Shown here piece by piece: positions 28,316 through 38,601 of a stretch of 64,000 bases of DNA. The stretch spans positions 359,762-423,761 of the forward strand of contig OY970123.1 in the NCBI GenBank assembly GCA_963705905.1, written 5' to 3'. The translations under genes and the position numbers were made by a program. Each line of letters begins with the position of its first letter. Position 1 is the stretch's first letter. The DNA is from an uncultured Chloroflexia bacterium (GTDB lineage: Bacteria; Chloroflexota; Dehalococcoidia; GIF9; UBA5629). The notes under the pieces are model-generated. The model saw nothing but the letters and a program-made list of their open reading frames with translations, was not told the DNA's origin and searched no databases.

Positions 28316-30148
28316 TCAGCCGTTCCAGTCCATCTCTACAACGAACTTGCCGGTCCAGTTTTCCAGCGCCACAGGATAAAAGCCCGGCGTATCCTTTACG
28401 ATCTGGAATTCGACGTTTTGCATCTTTCCCGGGCCCAGGCTTATTTCCTGCTGGCTCTCCGATAATCCCTTTACACGTAGAATCAATGTGTGACTCCCGG
28501 TCACTTCGCCTATGTTCGTTACAGAGGCGGTGACAATCACCGGTGCCCCCTGCCTGACGCGCTCGGGGCCAATTGAGAAATTGCTGACGATAAACGAAGG
28601 TGGTGCCAGGGGAATGGCTGTGAAAAATCCGCCAAGGCCGTCAATATCGGCGTAATAGTCGCCGGCAACGTCTTTAACTACCGTGAATCCTGCAGTTTGG
28701 CTGGCGCCGGGCGGCAAGGAAAGATCGCTGATATTTTCAACTACCCCTCCCACCCTTAGAACAACGCTGTATTTGCCGGTCTGCATTCCATTATTAGAAA
28801 CGATGATGCTTATATTGATAGGCTCGCCCACTTTGACGTTGTTGGGCGTAATAGTCAGATTGCTAACCGAAAATTTGGGCATGCTCATCGGTCCCGCGCT
28901 GCCCGGAGCAGAAGGCTGCATACCCGACTGTCCAGGCTGTCCCATGCCCTGAGGCATCGGGGGGGATTGCATGGGTGGCATCATAGATTGCTGGCCCGGT
29001 TGCATATATTGCTGGCCCGGAGGAGGCATCTGTGGTGCTCCAGGAGGCATTCCTGGTTGAGGGCGTTGCATTCCGAAAGGCATCCCAGGCTGTCCTCCCG
29101 GCTGGCCGCCCATTTGCGGGGGCATACCCGTGCCCATCGGTTGTGAACCGGGAGGCATTCCCTGCATGGGCGGTTGTCCGCCAGGCTGCATTTGCGGTCC
29201 GCCGGGGAATTGGGGGCCCCTCATACCGGGCGGCATACCCTGCTGTGGCGGAGGCTGCATACCCGGCTGGCCTGGCTGTTGGAATGGTGGTTGCATGCCC
29301 GGCTGGCCCGGCTGCTGGAATGGCGGCTGCATGCCCTGTTGAGGGTGCTGTTGGAAGGGCTGTTGCATTACCGGCATGCCCGGCGCGGACATATCCTGAG
29401 GCATCCCGGGCTGGCCCGAGGCTTGCATGCCCATAAACATCCCTTCCGGCATGCCGGCCATACCCGGACGTTGCGGTCCCCCCTGCATCTGATCGTCCCC
29501 CATCCCTGGTCTACCTGGTTTTCCCTTTTGCTTGGAGCCTCTCTTAAGCTGCTCACCCGGAGCTCCAGGTTTTCGCTTAGCAGGTTTGGTTACCATAAGA
29601 ATGGTCAACATAATGATTACACCAAGGACAATTCCAAAGAATGCCCACAGGTAGGGCGGCAGATCAAGAAACGATCCGCTGTCTTTAACAGTAAAAGACC
29701 CCGTTAGATTGCCGACCTTGACATCATTAACGCCTGAGTCTTCGGCATTTATCTGAAAGATAATATTGTTATTGGACTGACTAGGATCGAGTGTGATCAT
29801 CCGTGGCGTTCCCACGGTTTTACCGTTTATTTCGACTGCGAGGCTGTAATTGATCTGTTGCTGACTCGTATTTTGAGCTTGAACCTTTATGGTGACGGGA
29901 TCACCCTTATTAGCTTCGAAGGGCGTTATAAAGGGTGAACCTTTCGTAAGGACCAGGCCGTCGGGTAAAGTCGTGTTATCTTGTGCTAAAAATGGAGGAA
30001 ATGATAGTCCGGAGGTTGAAATTGATTGTCCAAAACCATTTGAAACCTGGTTGTTGGATAATATGCTCTCGGCATAAGCTGCACGAGGGGTGACAATCGC
30101 CATCAATATCAAGAGGGCGATCGGTAACGATATCAGCAACCTTCTCAT
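28316..30148 (-). CDS. Membrane protein with Ig-like (CARDB-like) domains and a ~200-aa Pro/Gln/Met/Gly-rich low-complexity core
   Basis: 610 aa. In order: a signal-like N-terminus, one beta-rich domain, a TM (LWAFFGIVLGVIIMLTILMV), a Lys/Arg-rich patch, PGMQPPFQQPGQ-type repeats, and two further beta-rich domains. Confidence 0.7.
   Translation of the reverse strand: MRRLLISLPIALLILMAIVTPRAAYAESILSNNQVSNGFGQSISTSGLSFPPFLAQDNTTLPDGLVLTKGSPFITPFEANKGDPVTIKVQAQNTSQQQINYSLAVEINGKTVGTPRMITLDPSQSNNNIIFQINAEDSGVNDVKVGNLTGSFTVKDSGSFLDLPPYLWAFFGIVLGVIIMLTILMVTKPAKRKPGAPGEQLKRGSKQKGKPGRPGMGDDQMQGGPQRPGMAGMPEGMFMGMQASGQPGMPQDMSAPGMPVMQQPFQQHPQQGMQPPFQQPGQPGMQPPFQQPGQPGMQPPPQQGMPPGMRGPQFPGGPQMQPGGQPPMQGMPPGSQPMGTGMPPQMGGQPGGQPGMPFGMQRPQPGMPPGAPQMPPPGQQYMQPGQQSMMPPMQSPPMPQGMGQPGQSGMQPSAPGSAGPMSMPKFSVSNLTITPNNVKVGEPINISIIVSNNGMQTGKYSVVLRVGGVVENISDLSLPPGASQTAGFTVVKDVAGDYYADIDGLGGFFTAIPLAPPSFIVSNFSIGPERVRQGAPVIVTASVTNIGEVTGSHTLILRVKGLSESQQEISLGPGKMQNVEFQIVKDTPGFYPVALENWTGKFVVEMDWNG
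29253..29360. repeat. 36-nt tandem repeat x3 inside the low-complexity ORF
   Basis: The units lie at 29253-29288, 29289-29324 and 29325-29360 (the third degenerate). On the minus strand each encodes PFQQPGQPGMQP. Confidence 0.8.
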
Positions 30149-30230
30149 GTAATATTAGCCTCCAAAATATTTACCGCACATGTAACCTTTGTAATACTCT
30201 ACTCTAAAATTAAATGTAAATCAATAGTAA

Positions 30231-30608
30231 TTACGTATCGCCGCCGTTTTCGATTTCTTCCAACCGTTCATCGTCAAGCCCGAAATAATGTGCGATTTCG
30301 TGCTTCACCGTCCTGACGATTTCTTCCTTCAATTCCTGTTCTGAGGAGCAGCTTGCCTCTAAAGGTTTTTGGAAGATTGTTATTTTATCGGGCAGGGCCA
30401 GGTTGTAGCTATGATCCCTTCTGGTCCTGGGGATTCCCTCGTACAGGCCCAGAAGCTCAAATTTGTTCTTGAGACCCATCTGCTTGATCTGGCTAACGCT
30501 CGGCCAGTCTTCCACGACTATATCGATATTTTCCAGAAGTTCTTTGAATTCATCGGGCATATTGGAAATGGCATCCAGGACCACTTCCTCGAATTTTTCT
30601 CTACGCAT
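30231..30608 (-). CDS. Zincin-like metallopeptidase family protein (small, HExxH)
   Basis: I place the start at MRREKFEEV (ATG 30608-30606), which avoids overlap with leuS. It carries an HEIAHYFG motif near the C-terminus. Confidence 0.7.
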   Translation of the reverse strand: MRREKFEEVVLDAISNMPDEFKELLENIDIVVEDWPSVSQIKQMGLKNKFELLGLYEGIPRTRRDHSYNLALPDKITIFQKPLEASCSSEQELKEEIVRTVKHEIAHYFGLDDERLEEIENGGDT

Positions 30609-30732
30609 AGTTTTAACTCGCAAGGAGTCTACAAGACCATGATAACAATTTTTCGCTCGGGCCACATTTCCACTTCTATACCACCAGTGAATATTGACGG
30701 TAGAGGGTTCTGAAGTTAAAATTTTCACTATT

Positions 30733-33183
30733 ATGAAAGCTTCCAGTAAATATAACCCACAAGAAATTGAGAAGAAATGGCAGGATAAATGGGCGGCGGA
30801 CCATCTGTATGAGGTTAAAGAGAATGACCCGAAGCCGAAGTTTTATGCCCTGACCATGTTTCCCTATACCTCGGGTGACCTGCATATAGGGCACTGGTAT
30901 GCCATGGCTCCTTCAGATGTCTATGCCCGGTATAAGAGTATGCAGGGATACAACGTTCTTCATCCTGTGGGTTTCGATGCCTTTGGACTACCGGCGGAGA
31001 ACAAGGCTATAGCTACTGGCGTGAATCCCGTCGAGTGGACAATCAAAAATGTTGAGAATATGCGGCGCCAGCTACGTACTATCGGTGCCATTTATGATTG
31101 GACCCGTGAGGTCGTTACCTGCCTGCCTGAATATTATAAATGGACCGAATGGTTTTTCCTCAAGCTTTATGAGGCCGGCCTTGCCTACCGGGGCAAAGCA
31201 GCGGTTAACTGGTGCCCCAGATGCCAGACTGTGCTGGCCAATGAACAGGTAGTGAACGGTGTTTGCTGGCGCTGTGACAGCATTGCGGAGAAAAAACAGC
31301 TTGAGCAATGGTTCTTCCGCATCACAAAGTATGCCGATGAGCTGCTCGAATACAAAAACATGGACTGGCCCGAGCGCATCCGCATTATGCAGACCAACTG
31401 GATTGGTAAGAGCCATGGCGCCGATATTTCATTCGGGCTGGATCATCCCGGCATTGAAGAAAAAGAGATCAGGGTTTTTACAACCCGCCCCGATACGCTT
31501 TTCGGTGTCACATTCTTCGTGCTGGCGCCGGAGCATCCGCTGGTCCCCGCCCTGACCACACCCGATAGGAAGGGCGAGGTCGAGGACTATATTCGCAAGG
31601 CCCAGAGGCAGACAGAGTTCGAAAGGACGGCCGCTGAGACCGAGAAAACGGGTGTATTTCTGGGCAGCTATGTTATAAACCGGGTTAACGGTGAAAAGGT
31701 GCCTATCTGGATCGCCGACTACGTGCTGCCGCAATATGGCACGGGCGCAGTCATGGGCGTACCGGCCCATGACCAGAGGGACTTTGATTTTGCAAAGAAG
31801 TATGGCATCCCTATCCGCCTCGTGGTAGCGCCCTACGATTGGGATGGCAAGGACCTTCAGGCTGCCCACATTGAAGGTGGCAAGATGGTCAACTCCTCCA
31901 AACAATTCGACGGCCTGGACAATGAAGAGATGAAATCGGCCATATGCGACTACTTGAAGAGTAAAGGATGGGGTGGTAAGACGATCACCTACCGGCTGCG
32001 CGACTGGCTTATATCACGCCAACGATACTGGGGTGCTCCCATCCCCATGATATATTGCTCCAAGTGCGGCATCGTACCGGTGCCCGAAAAGGACCTTCCC
32101 GTATTGTTGCCGCCCGATGTGGAATTCCGTCCCACAGGTGAATCGCCGCTTAAGTACTGTGAATCGTTCGTAAATACCACCTGCCCCAAATGCGGGGGCC
32201 CCGCCAAAAGGGAAACGGATACCATGGACACCTTCATGTGTTCCTCATGGTACTTCCTGCGCTACACCAGCCCCGGCTACGATAAATTCCCCTTCGAGAA
32301 AAGCAAGCTGAAATACTGGATGCCTGTGGACTTATACACCGGCGGAGCCGAACATGCCACCATGCACCTGCTGTATGCACGCTTCTTCATCAAGGCAATT
32401 CGCGATATCGGCCTGGTAGATTTCGATGAGCCCTTTACCAAGCTCTTTAACCAGGGCATCATAGTGTTCCAGGGTGAGAAAATGAGTAAATCTAAAGGCA
32501 ATGTGGTCACACCGGACGACTACGTATCGGATATGGGCGCTGATGCAGTGCGTGTCTATTTGATGTTTGTTGGGCCCTGGGAGCAGGGTGGCGAATGGAA
32601 TGATAATGGGATTGTGGGCATGAGCCGCTGGCTGAGCAGGATCTGGAACCTGGGTTCCTCAGACTACGAGGTAAAATCCGTCGACCCGGATAGTGAAAAA
32701 GAGTGCAAACGGGTTATGCATAAGACCATTAAGAAGGCTTCGGAGGACATGGAGCGCTTCCGTTTTAACACCATGCTGGCTGCACTCATGGAATACTCCA
32801 ACTTATTGAACAAGATCTCAGAGGCGGGCTCCGTCTCCAAGAATACATGGGACGGAGCCATCAAGAATCTGCTGATTTTACTTGCTCCTTCCGCACCGCA
32901 TATGACCGAAGAGCTATGGATGAACCTCGGCCTTCCCTATAGTATTCATAAACAAAAATGGCCTGGCTGGGACCCTGAACTGGCTGCCGATGAAGAAGTA
33001 ACCCTGGTGGTGCAGATAAACGGCAAGGTCCGGGATAAGCTAAAGGTGCCTGCATCCATTAGCGAAGGCGAAGCTAAAAAGATAGCTTTTGACCAGGAGC
33101 GCGTTAAATCCTATACCACCGGCAAAGATATACTCAAAATCATTTATGTCCCCGGCAAGCTGCTCAACATCGTGGTGAAATAG
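30733..33183 (+). CDS. leuS: Leucyl-tRNA synthetase
   Basis: Start at MKASSKYNPQEIEKKWQ (ATG 30733). HIGH motif (DLHIGHWY) and KMSKS motif (EKMSKSKGN). Confidence 0.95.
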   Translation: MKASSKYNPQEIEKKWQDKWAADHLYEVKENDPKPKFYALTMFPYTSGDLHIGHWYAMAPSDVYARYKSMQGYNVLHPVGFDAFGLPAENKAIATGVNPVEWTIKNVENMRRQLRTIGAIYDWTREVVTCLPEYYKWTEWFFLKLYEAGLAYRGKAAVNWCPRCQTVLANEQVVNGVCWRCDSIAEKKQLEQWFFRITKYADELLEYKNMDWPERIRIMQTNWIGKSHGADISFGLDHPGIEEKEIRVFTTRPDTLFGVTFFVLAPEHPLVPALTTPDRKGEVEDYIRKAQRQTEFERTAAETEKTGVFLGSYVINRVNGEKVPIWIADYVLPQYGTGAVMGVPAHDQRDFDFAKKYGIPIRLVVAPYDWDGKDLQAAHIEGGKMVNSSKQFDGLDNEEMKSAICDYLKSKGWGGKTITYRLRDWLISRQRYWGAPIPMIYCSKCGIVPVPEKDLPVLLPPDVEFRPTGESPLKYCESFVNTTCPKCGGPAKRETDTMDTFMCSSWYFLRYTSPGYDKFPFEKSKLKYWMPVDLYTGGAEHATMHLLYARFFIKAIRDIGLVDFDEPFTKLFNQGIIVFQGEKMSKSKGNVVTPDDYVSDMGADAVRVYLMFVGPWEQGGEWNDNGIVGMSRWLSRIWNLGSSDYEVKSVDPDSEKECKRVMHKTIKKASEDMERFRFNTMLAALMEYSNLLNKISEAGSVSKNTWDGAIKNLLILLAPSAPHMTEELWMNLGLPYSIHKQKWPGWDPELAADEEVTLVVQINGKVRDKLKVPASISEGEAKKIAFDQERVKSYTTGKDILKIIYVPGKLLNIVVK

Positions 33184-33235
33184 CGCCGCATTATAAAAAG
33201 CGTTATAAAGTTGATTAACGGAGCGAGGTGAAACC

Positions 33236-34465
33236 ATGCTTGAACCATTAATGACGGAAAAGCAACGACATTTGCGTGACGAAGTCCGGCAGTATGTGAA
33301 ATCGGTCCCCAAACAGCTACTACTCGACATGGATGCCGATAAAATCAGGTACCCCCGCGACTATGTCGTCGGCCTGGCCAGGAAAAATCTCCTGGGCCTG
33401 CGTTTTTCCCCTCAATATGGCGGAAGGGGGTTGAAATGGGTCGATGAAATTATTGCCCTGGAGGAAATCGGTGTACTCGGCATGTCGCTGGGCTGCCTTT
33501 TTTCACTGGTCAGCATAGTGGGCGAATCCATGGACGTTTTCGGCACCGACAAGCAGAAGCGGCAGTACCTGGAGCCACTGCTCAAGGGCAAGATATTCTG
33601 TGCTGAAGCCTTGACCGAGCCGCGCGGTGGTTCCGATTTCTTCGGCGCCACGACTACAGCCGTAGAGAAGGGCGATTATTTCATTTTGAACGGCCAGAAA
33701 AGATTCGTGGTTGGCGCTGAGGGTGCGGATATATTCCTGGTCTATGCCAGGACTGAAGGCACGGCCGGTAAAAACATAAGTGCCTTCATCGTTGAAAGGG
33801 ATATGGGCGTCGAGGCCAAATACATTTACGGCTTGCTGGGCACCAGGGGTGGTGGCGCAGGAAGGCTGGTTTTCAAGGATACCAAAGTGCCCAAGGAAAA
33901 CCTTGTCCTGGGCCTTAACCGCGGCGCCGATGTTTTTAACCAGATGATGATCCCTGAGAGGATGACCTCTGCGGCTGGCGCCATCGGCATGGCCAGGGCG
34001 GCGCTCGAGGTTGCCGCAAGATACACAGACAAGAGGAAGGCCTTCGGGCGCAAAATCAGAGAATTCGAGGGCGTAAGCTTTAAAATAGCTGAAAGCATTA
34101 CCGAGCTTGATGCAGCCATGATGCTGGTCTATGGTGCTGCATCTGCCGTCGATTCCCTGGGCAGCACCGGATATAGCAGGAGGTTGGTATCCGAGGCCAA
34201 GAAATTCGGCACCGAGACTGCCTGGAAAGTCATCAATAATGCTATGCAGGTTGTGGGCGGCATTGGTTATACCAATGTATTCCCCATCGAGAAAATGCTT
34301 CGCGATGCCCGGCTGCTCATCATATGGACGGGCACCAGCGAGATCATGGACCTGATCATTCAGCACGAGTACTACCGTGAGACTCTAAAACCAGCCGATG
34401 GGATACGCAACGTTGAGGAAGACGCTCAGGAAGCGGGGGCAGAGGACGAAAAAATATACGAATAA
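33236..34465 (+). CDS. Acyl-CoA dehydrogenase family protein
   Basis: 409 aa with the TEPRGGSDF motif and a C-terminal IWTGTSEI region typical of ACADs. Confidence 0.85.
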   Translation: MLEPLMTEKQRHLRDEVRQYVKSVPKQLLLDMDADKIRYPRDYVVGLARKNLLGLRFSPQYGGRGLKWVDEIIALEEIGVLGMSLGCLFSLVSIVGESMDVFGTDKQKRQYLEPLLKGKIFCAEALTEPRGGSDFFGATTTAVEKGDYFILNGQKRFVVGAEGADIFLVYARTEGTAGKNISAFIVERDMGVEAKYIYGLLGTRGGGAGRLVFKDTKVPKENLVLGLNRGADVFNQMMIPERMTSAAGAIGMARAALEVAARYTDKRKAFGRKIREFEGVSFKIAESITELDAAMMLVYGAASAVDSLGSTGYSRRLVSEAKKFGTETAWKVINNAMQVVGGIGYTNVFPIEKMLRDARLLIIWTGTSEIMDLIIQHEYYRETLKPADGIRNVEEDAQEAGAEDEKIYE

Positions 34466-34480
34466 ATCTGTGGCTGCAAA

Positions 34481-35173
34481 GTGGACAATTCTGAAGCTGA
34501 TAATCTACGCCGGAGCGTAGCTACCAACGTCAAAGGGATACAGCGGCGAGTGGCGGTTGCCTGTGATAGGGCAGGCAGAGAAGCGTCCACAGTCAAGATT
34601 ATAGCGGTCACCAAGAACTTTCCACTGGATATCGTGCGCCTGGCATTCCAGAGCGGACTCAGGCATTTCGGCGAAAACAGGGTGCAGGAAGCGCAGGCCA
34701 AGTACGCTGAACTGGGTGACATCAGGTCGCAGCTGACGTTGCATTTCATAGGACATTTGCAGACAAATAAGATCAGAGATGCAGTGAAAACGGTTGACAT
34801 AATACAGAGCGTGGACTCGTTGAGACTGGCAGGCATGTTAAATGAGAATACGGCCAAAAGGTTACGGGTCATGGTCCAGGTCAATATCGCGGAAGAGGAT
34901 ACCAAGTATGGTTTTCCTGTAGATAACCTCGGCGCTAATGTCAAAGCTATTGAAGAATTGCCGAACCTCGAGGTCCTGGGTCTGATGACAGTTGCTCCGT
35001 TAGTGGATGATCCTGAAAAAGTGAGGCAAGTATTTCGCAAACTAAAGGATTTAAATGAACATTTCGGCTTTAAGGAGCTTTCGATGGGTATGACCGATGA
35101 CTTCGAGGTGGCCGTCGAAGAAGGGGCTACCATGATACGCATCGGCAGGGCGATATTCGGTGAAAGGAGTTAG
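34481..35173 (+). CDS. yggS: YggS-family pyridoxal-phosphate homeostasis protein
   Basis: 230 aa with the FGENRVQE and HFIGHLQTNK motifs. Confidence 0.85.
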   Translation: MDNSEADNLRRSVATNVKGIQRRVAVACDRAGREASTVKIIAVTKNFPLDIVRLAFQSGLRHFGENRVQEAQAKYAELGDIRSQLTLHFIGHLQTNKIRDAVKTVDIIQSVDSLRLAGMLNENTAKRLRVMVQVNIAEEDTKYGFPVDNLGANVKAIEELPNLEVLGLMTVAPLVDDPEKVRQVFRKLKDLNEHFGFKELSMGMTDDFEVAVEEGATMIRIGRAIFGERS

Positions 35174-35176
35174 ATC

Positions 35177-35977
35177 ATGAAAATAGCTGTACTGGGCGGT
35201 GGTACCATGGGTGAGGCTGTAGTTAAAAGCGTTCTGCGTAAAAAACTGGCAAACCGCGAAAATATAGTCGTAAGCGACGTAGCCAAGTCCCGGCGCGATT
35301 TGCTCAGTAACAGGTATAAGGTGAAAGTAACCGAGGACAACGTGATTGCTGTTAAGGGCGCAGATGTTATTGTACTGGCGATCAAACCCCAGGATTTCCC
35401 GGTTGTACTTGCCCAATTGGCCGGACACCTTAAGTCCCAACTGGTAATCTCTATCGCGGCGGGCATCAGCATGGATGGTATCTGCTCAAAGCTAAATTAC
35501 TATAAGGTTGTTCGGGCTATGCCCAACGCCCCTGCACAGGTAGGCAAGGGCATGACCGCCTGGACCTCCGCCAAAGACCTGGGCGATAAAGACCGTGAAC
35601 TTGCAGCTTCTATCTTAGCGGCCATGGGCGAAGAGCAATATTTTGCCGATGAAAAATACATCGACATGGCCACGGCGATTAGCGGCAGCGGCCCGGCCTA
35701 CGTGTTTTTGTTTATAGAAGCCATGATCGACGCCGGGGTACATATCGGCTTGCCGCGCAATGTAGCTCAAAAACTGGTGCTCGAGACCATCGTCGGTTCG
35801 GCTGAAGCTATGAAAAAAATGGCCAAACACCCGGCCGAGCTCAAGAATATGGTTACTTCCCCGGGCGGGACGACAACCGACGCGCTTCTACAACTTGAAA
35901 GTGGGGGATTACGATCTCTGATGATCAATGCGGTGGCCGCCGCCTATAATAAGGCCAAAGCCCTGGGTGCCAAATAG
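35177..35977 (+). CDS. proC: Pyrroline-5-carboxylate reductase
   Basis: 266 aa with the N-terminal Rossmann motif MKIAVLGGGTMGEA and a VTSPGGTT motif. Confidence 0.9.
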   Translation: MKIAVLGGGTMGEAVVKSVLRKKLANRENIVVSDVAKSRRDLLSNRYKVKVTEDNVIAVKGADVIVLAIKPQDFPVVLAQLAGHLKSQLVISIAAGISMDGICSKLNYYKVVRAMPNAPAQVGKGMTAWTSAKDLGDKDRELAASILAAMGEEQYFADEKYIDMATAISGSGPAYVFLFIEAMIDAGVHIGLPRNVAQKLVLETIVGSAEAMKKMAKHPAELKNMVTSPGGTTTDALLQLESGGLRSLMINAVAAAYNKAKALGAK

Positions 35978-36694
35978 TCAGGCGGCTTCGGGCTTGCGGC
36001 AGTACAGCACCGTGCTTTTGGGGAATATGCGGTTCAAGCCGGCTTCCAGCCACTTCGTATACTTGTGTCCAGTGTAGATGTCCCAGACCAGGAACTTGTA
36101 ATACAGCGATGGGATCAAGGCCTTCTCATTTTTCAATCCGAAGATACCCTTGGACCACCACCAGACCGAATGCAGCGCATGCTTATACCTGACGGCGAAG
36201 ATGTTCAGGTCGAATTTTTTCAGCAAGTCTTGTATCTCCTGGTGGGTATAGATGCGGATGTGTCCGCCGGGAGTGTTGTGGTAATCATCGGAGATCTTCC
36301 AGCAGACGGACTCAGCAAAATAGGAGGGTACGCTCACGGCCAGCAGCCCGCCCGGCCGTAAAACGCGGGTCAGCTCGGCCACGGCTGCGGAGTCATCGGG
36401 TATATGCTCCAGCACTTCGGAGCATATGACTTTATCGAACTTGGCATCTTCGAAGGGTAGGCTGAGGATGCTGCCGGAGACCATGTGCCATGAGCCGGCG
36501 GTTTCGGCTTTCAGATCCATCTGGTCGAGCATGTATTTGGCCTTTTGCAGGCTCTCCATATCCAGATCGAAGGCTACCGAGGTACCTTTGTTAGACTTGG
36601 AGGCCTGCCATATATGGCGCCCGTTGCCGCAGCCGGCGTCCAGAATGTATTCACTACCGGTGATCTTTAAAAGATCATGGTCGATGGTCAGCAT
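35978..36694 (-). CDS. Class I SAM-dependent methyltransferase
   Basis: 238 aa with motif I ILDAGCGNGRH and motif post-I/II regions. Its stop abuts the proC stop (convergent, 0-nt gap). Confidence 0.8.
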   Translation of the reverse strand: MLTIDHDLLKITGSEYILDAGCGNGRHIWQASKSNKGTSVAFDLDMESLQKAKYMLDQMDLKAETAGSWHMVSGSILSLPFEDAKFDKVICSEVLEHIPDDSAAVAELTRVLRPGGLLAVSVPSYFAESVCWKISDDYHNTPGGHIRIYTHQEIQDLLKKFDLNIFAVRYKHALHSVWWWSKGIFGLKNEKALIPSLYYKFLVWDIYTGHKYTKWLEAGLNRIFPKSTVLYCRKPEAA

Positions 36695-36730
36695 CTATTA
36701 AGTTCTCTTGAGGATGGATTAGTAAAGCAA

Positions 36731-36991
36731 TCAGGCGGGGGTTTTGCCGGGATGGAGCTTCTTCCATTTTTCCAGAAGCTGGTCCTTGGATTCTTTGTGT
36801 GCGGGATCGAGGACGCAGCAGTCCACCGGGCAAACCTCAACGCATTTAGGTTTATCAAACCAGCCGACGCACTCCGTGCACTTGGCGGGATCAATCGCGT
36901 ATATGGTCTCACCCTCTTTTATGGCTTCATTTTTGCATTCTGCCTCGCAGGCGCCGCAGCTGATACAATCATCTGTAATTCTGTAAGCCAT
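36731..36991 (-). CDS. 4Fe-4S dicluster ferredoxin (YfhL-like)
   Basis: 86 aa with [11 protein letters not shown] and C..C...CVEVCPVDC cluster motifs. Confidence 0.85.
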   Translation of the reverse strand: MAYRITDDCISCGACEAECKNEAIKEGETIYAIDPAKCTECVGWFDKPKCVEVCPVDCCVLDPAHKESKDQLLEKWKKLHPGKTPA

Positions 36992-37037
36992 CTCTGTTCA
37001 AACCTCCAAAATTAATATTATATTGTATATAACGTAA

Positions 37038-37517
37038 TTACGTTAAAAGCTTCTTTTTCAAGGCCTCGCAAACATGGGCCGGCACCATGTCGTCCAGGTT
37101 ACCGCCCAGCTTGATTATTTCCTTGAGCAGGCTTGAGCTCAAGAACTGGTACCTCAAGTTGGCCATGAAACACATCAACTCAACGTCCGGAGCCAGCTTC
37201 TTGTTCATCAGAGCCATTTCGAACTCACGCTCAAAATCGGAGCTGGCTCTCAGGCCTCGCACCAGCACCTTGGCCTTTATCTGCCGTGCGAACTCCACCG
37301 TCATGCCCGAGTAAGCCCTCACTTCAACGTTTTTTAGGCCCACCACTGATTTCGTGGCCAGGTCTACCCTCTCCTCGATTGTGAAGAGAAGCGATTTAAG
37401 CGGTATATCGTATACACCGATCACCACATGGTCGAATATGGACGATGCCCTTTTTATGATATCCAGGTGCCCGTTAGTGATAGGGTCAAAGCTGCCGGGA
37501 TATAGAGCGGTAGTCAA
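37038..37517 (-). CDS. coaD: Phosphopantetheine adenylyltransferase
   Basis: 159 aa with YPGSFDPITNGHLDII. Confidence 0.95.
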   Translation of the reverse strand: MTTALYPGSFDPITNGHLDIIKRASSIFDHVVIGVYDIPLKSLLFTIEERVDLATKSVVGLKNVEVRAYSGMTVEFARQIKAKVLVRGLRASSDFEREFEMALMNKKLAPDVELMCFMANLRYQFLSSSLLKEIIKLGGNLDDMVPAHVCEALKKKLLT

Positions 37518-38068
37518 GCTGCGACCTCCTTCTGGTAAATTGAAATGCAGGTGTCGCCATAGCGCTTTTCTTTAATCTTAAGCAGGCCGTCATAGCGGTC
37601 GCTGAGAGCAGAACGCGCGGCATGGGACGCCAGTATTATCGTGTCTTCGTATATAAGGCCGGATTGCGAGAGACCGGTAATCACCGTGCCCAGCGAAGTA
37701 TCGGCATAGGGCGGGTCTAAAAATATCATGTCGTACTTGTTCTCCAAAAACCCCAACGCTTTTATAACCGGGCAACAGTATACATGAGATTGGTCAATAA
37801 ATCCCGTTTTCTTCAAATTCTGCTTGATGATCTGGCAACACCTGTTATTCTGGTCGACGAAATCGATCCACTTCACGTCACGGCTGAGGGCTTCGAGCCC
37901 CAGGGCTCCGCTGCCTGCAAACAGGTCGAGGCCCCTCTCCCAGTTGCCTGCCAGTGAACCGAGCATGGAAAATATCGCTTCCCTCACTTTATCGGTAGTG
38001 GGCCTCACCAGGAGGCCGGGCAGCGTCTTAATTATTTGCCCTTTAGCTGAGCCGCCTGTAATACGCAT
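37514..38068 (-). CDS. rsmD: 16S rRNA (guanine966-N2)-methyltransferase
   Basis: Start placed at MRITGGSAKGQ (ATG 38068-38066). Carries the DPPY motif (FLDPPYAD). Overlaps the coaD start by 4 nt. Confidence 0.85.
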   Translation of the reverse strand: MRITGGSAKGQIIKTLPGLLVRPTTDKVREAIFSMLGSLAGNWERGLDLFAGSGALGLEALSRDVKWIDFVDQNNRCCQIIKQNLKKTGFIDQSHVYCCPVIKALGFLENKYDMIFLDPPYADTSLGTVITGLSQSGLIYEDTIILASHAARSALSDRYDGLLKIKEKRYGDTCISIYQKEVAA

Positions 38069-38166
38069 TTTGGCTGATGTTGGACTGCATTTCTCAATGA
38101 AATAATAAATTCGAACACTAATTATAATACTCGCTATCACTCGTAAGTCAAGCTAAAAAAACGATT

Positions 38167-38196
38167 TTGACATCGTTTTACGACTTGTAATATACT
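38167..38196 (+). promoter_or_regulatory. Sigma70-like promoter upstream of nuoA
   Basis: TTGACA lies at 38167-38172, with TATACT at 38191-38196 (18-nt spacer) or TG-extended AATATA (16-nt spacer). The -35 sits inside the palindrome AAAACGAT-N6-ATCGTTTT. Confidence 0.4.
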
Positions 38197-38229
38197 AACC
38201 AACGGCTTGAAATAGGAGAGATTTTACAC

Positions 38230-38601
38230 GTGCTCGAACAGTTTGGTTATGTCGGAATCCTCCTGCTAATTGCAACAGGTTTCACCGTACTCATCCCCCT
38301 CTTGCCCAAGCTATTCAACCTTTTAGGCCTGATACCGGGCAAGAAAACTGCTGCCAAGCTGACCCAGTATGAGTGCGGCATGCAGACCATCGGCAAGACC
38401 TGGGTGCAGTTCAATTTCAGGTACTATTATTTTGCAGTACTTTTCGTCCTTCTGGATATGCTGACCATCTTCCTTTATCCCTGGGCGGTCAATATTAAAG
38501 ACTTAGGCGTCGGCGGGCTAGTTGCGGTGGGTATATTTTTAGTCATCCTGGCTGTGGGATACATTTATGCCTGGCGTAAGGGAGCCCTGCAGTGGAAATA
38601 G
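38230..38601 (+). CDS. nuoA: NADH-quinone oxidoreductase subunit A
   Basis: 123 aa, GTG start, 3 TM, YECG motif. Confidence 0.9.
   Translation: MLEQFGYVGILLLIATGFTVLIPLLPKLFNLLGLIPGKKTAAKLTQYECGMQTIGKTWVQFNFRYYYFAVLFVLLDMLTIFLYPWAVNIKDLGVGGLVAVGIFLVILAVGYIYAWRKGALQWK

Noticed and set aside
30609-30728. The longer 165-aa version of the zincin ORF (start 30728) and the leuS start at 30694, which would overlap divergently.
   Set aside because: The conserved parts of both proteins begin at the internal Met codons (30608 and 30733). The extensions have no homology-like features and would put both 5' ends inside each other.
33503-34366. Long antisense ORFs opposite well-supported genes: 33503..34366, 34426..35142, 39973..40773, 41540..42082, 43978..44475, 45425..46048, 46157..46825, 19942..20580, 11937..12584, 53267..53845, 53394..53972, 56732..57307, 58010..58540.
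   Set aside because: These are shadow ORFs typical of GC-rich coding DNA. The proteins are low-complexity (Arg/Gly/His/Ala- or Ser/Thr/Pro-rich) without recognisable motifs, whereas the sense-strand products have clear family signatures.
38157-38180. Palindrome AAAACGAT-N6-ATCGTTTT upstream of nuoA as a terminator.
   Set aside because: No gene ends nearby in either orientation (rsmD and nuoA diverge here). It overlaps the -35 hexamer, so an operator or a chance palindrome is more likely. It is mentioned under the promoter feature only.
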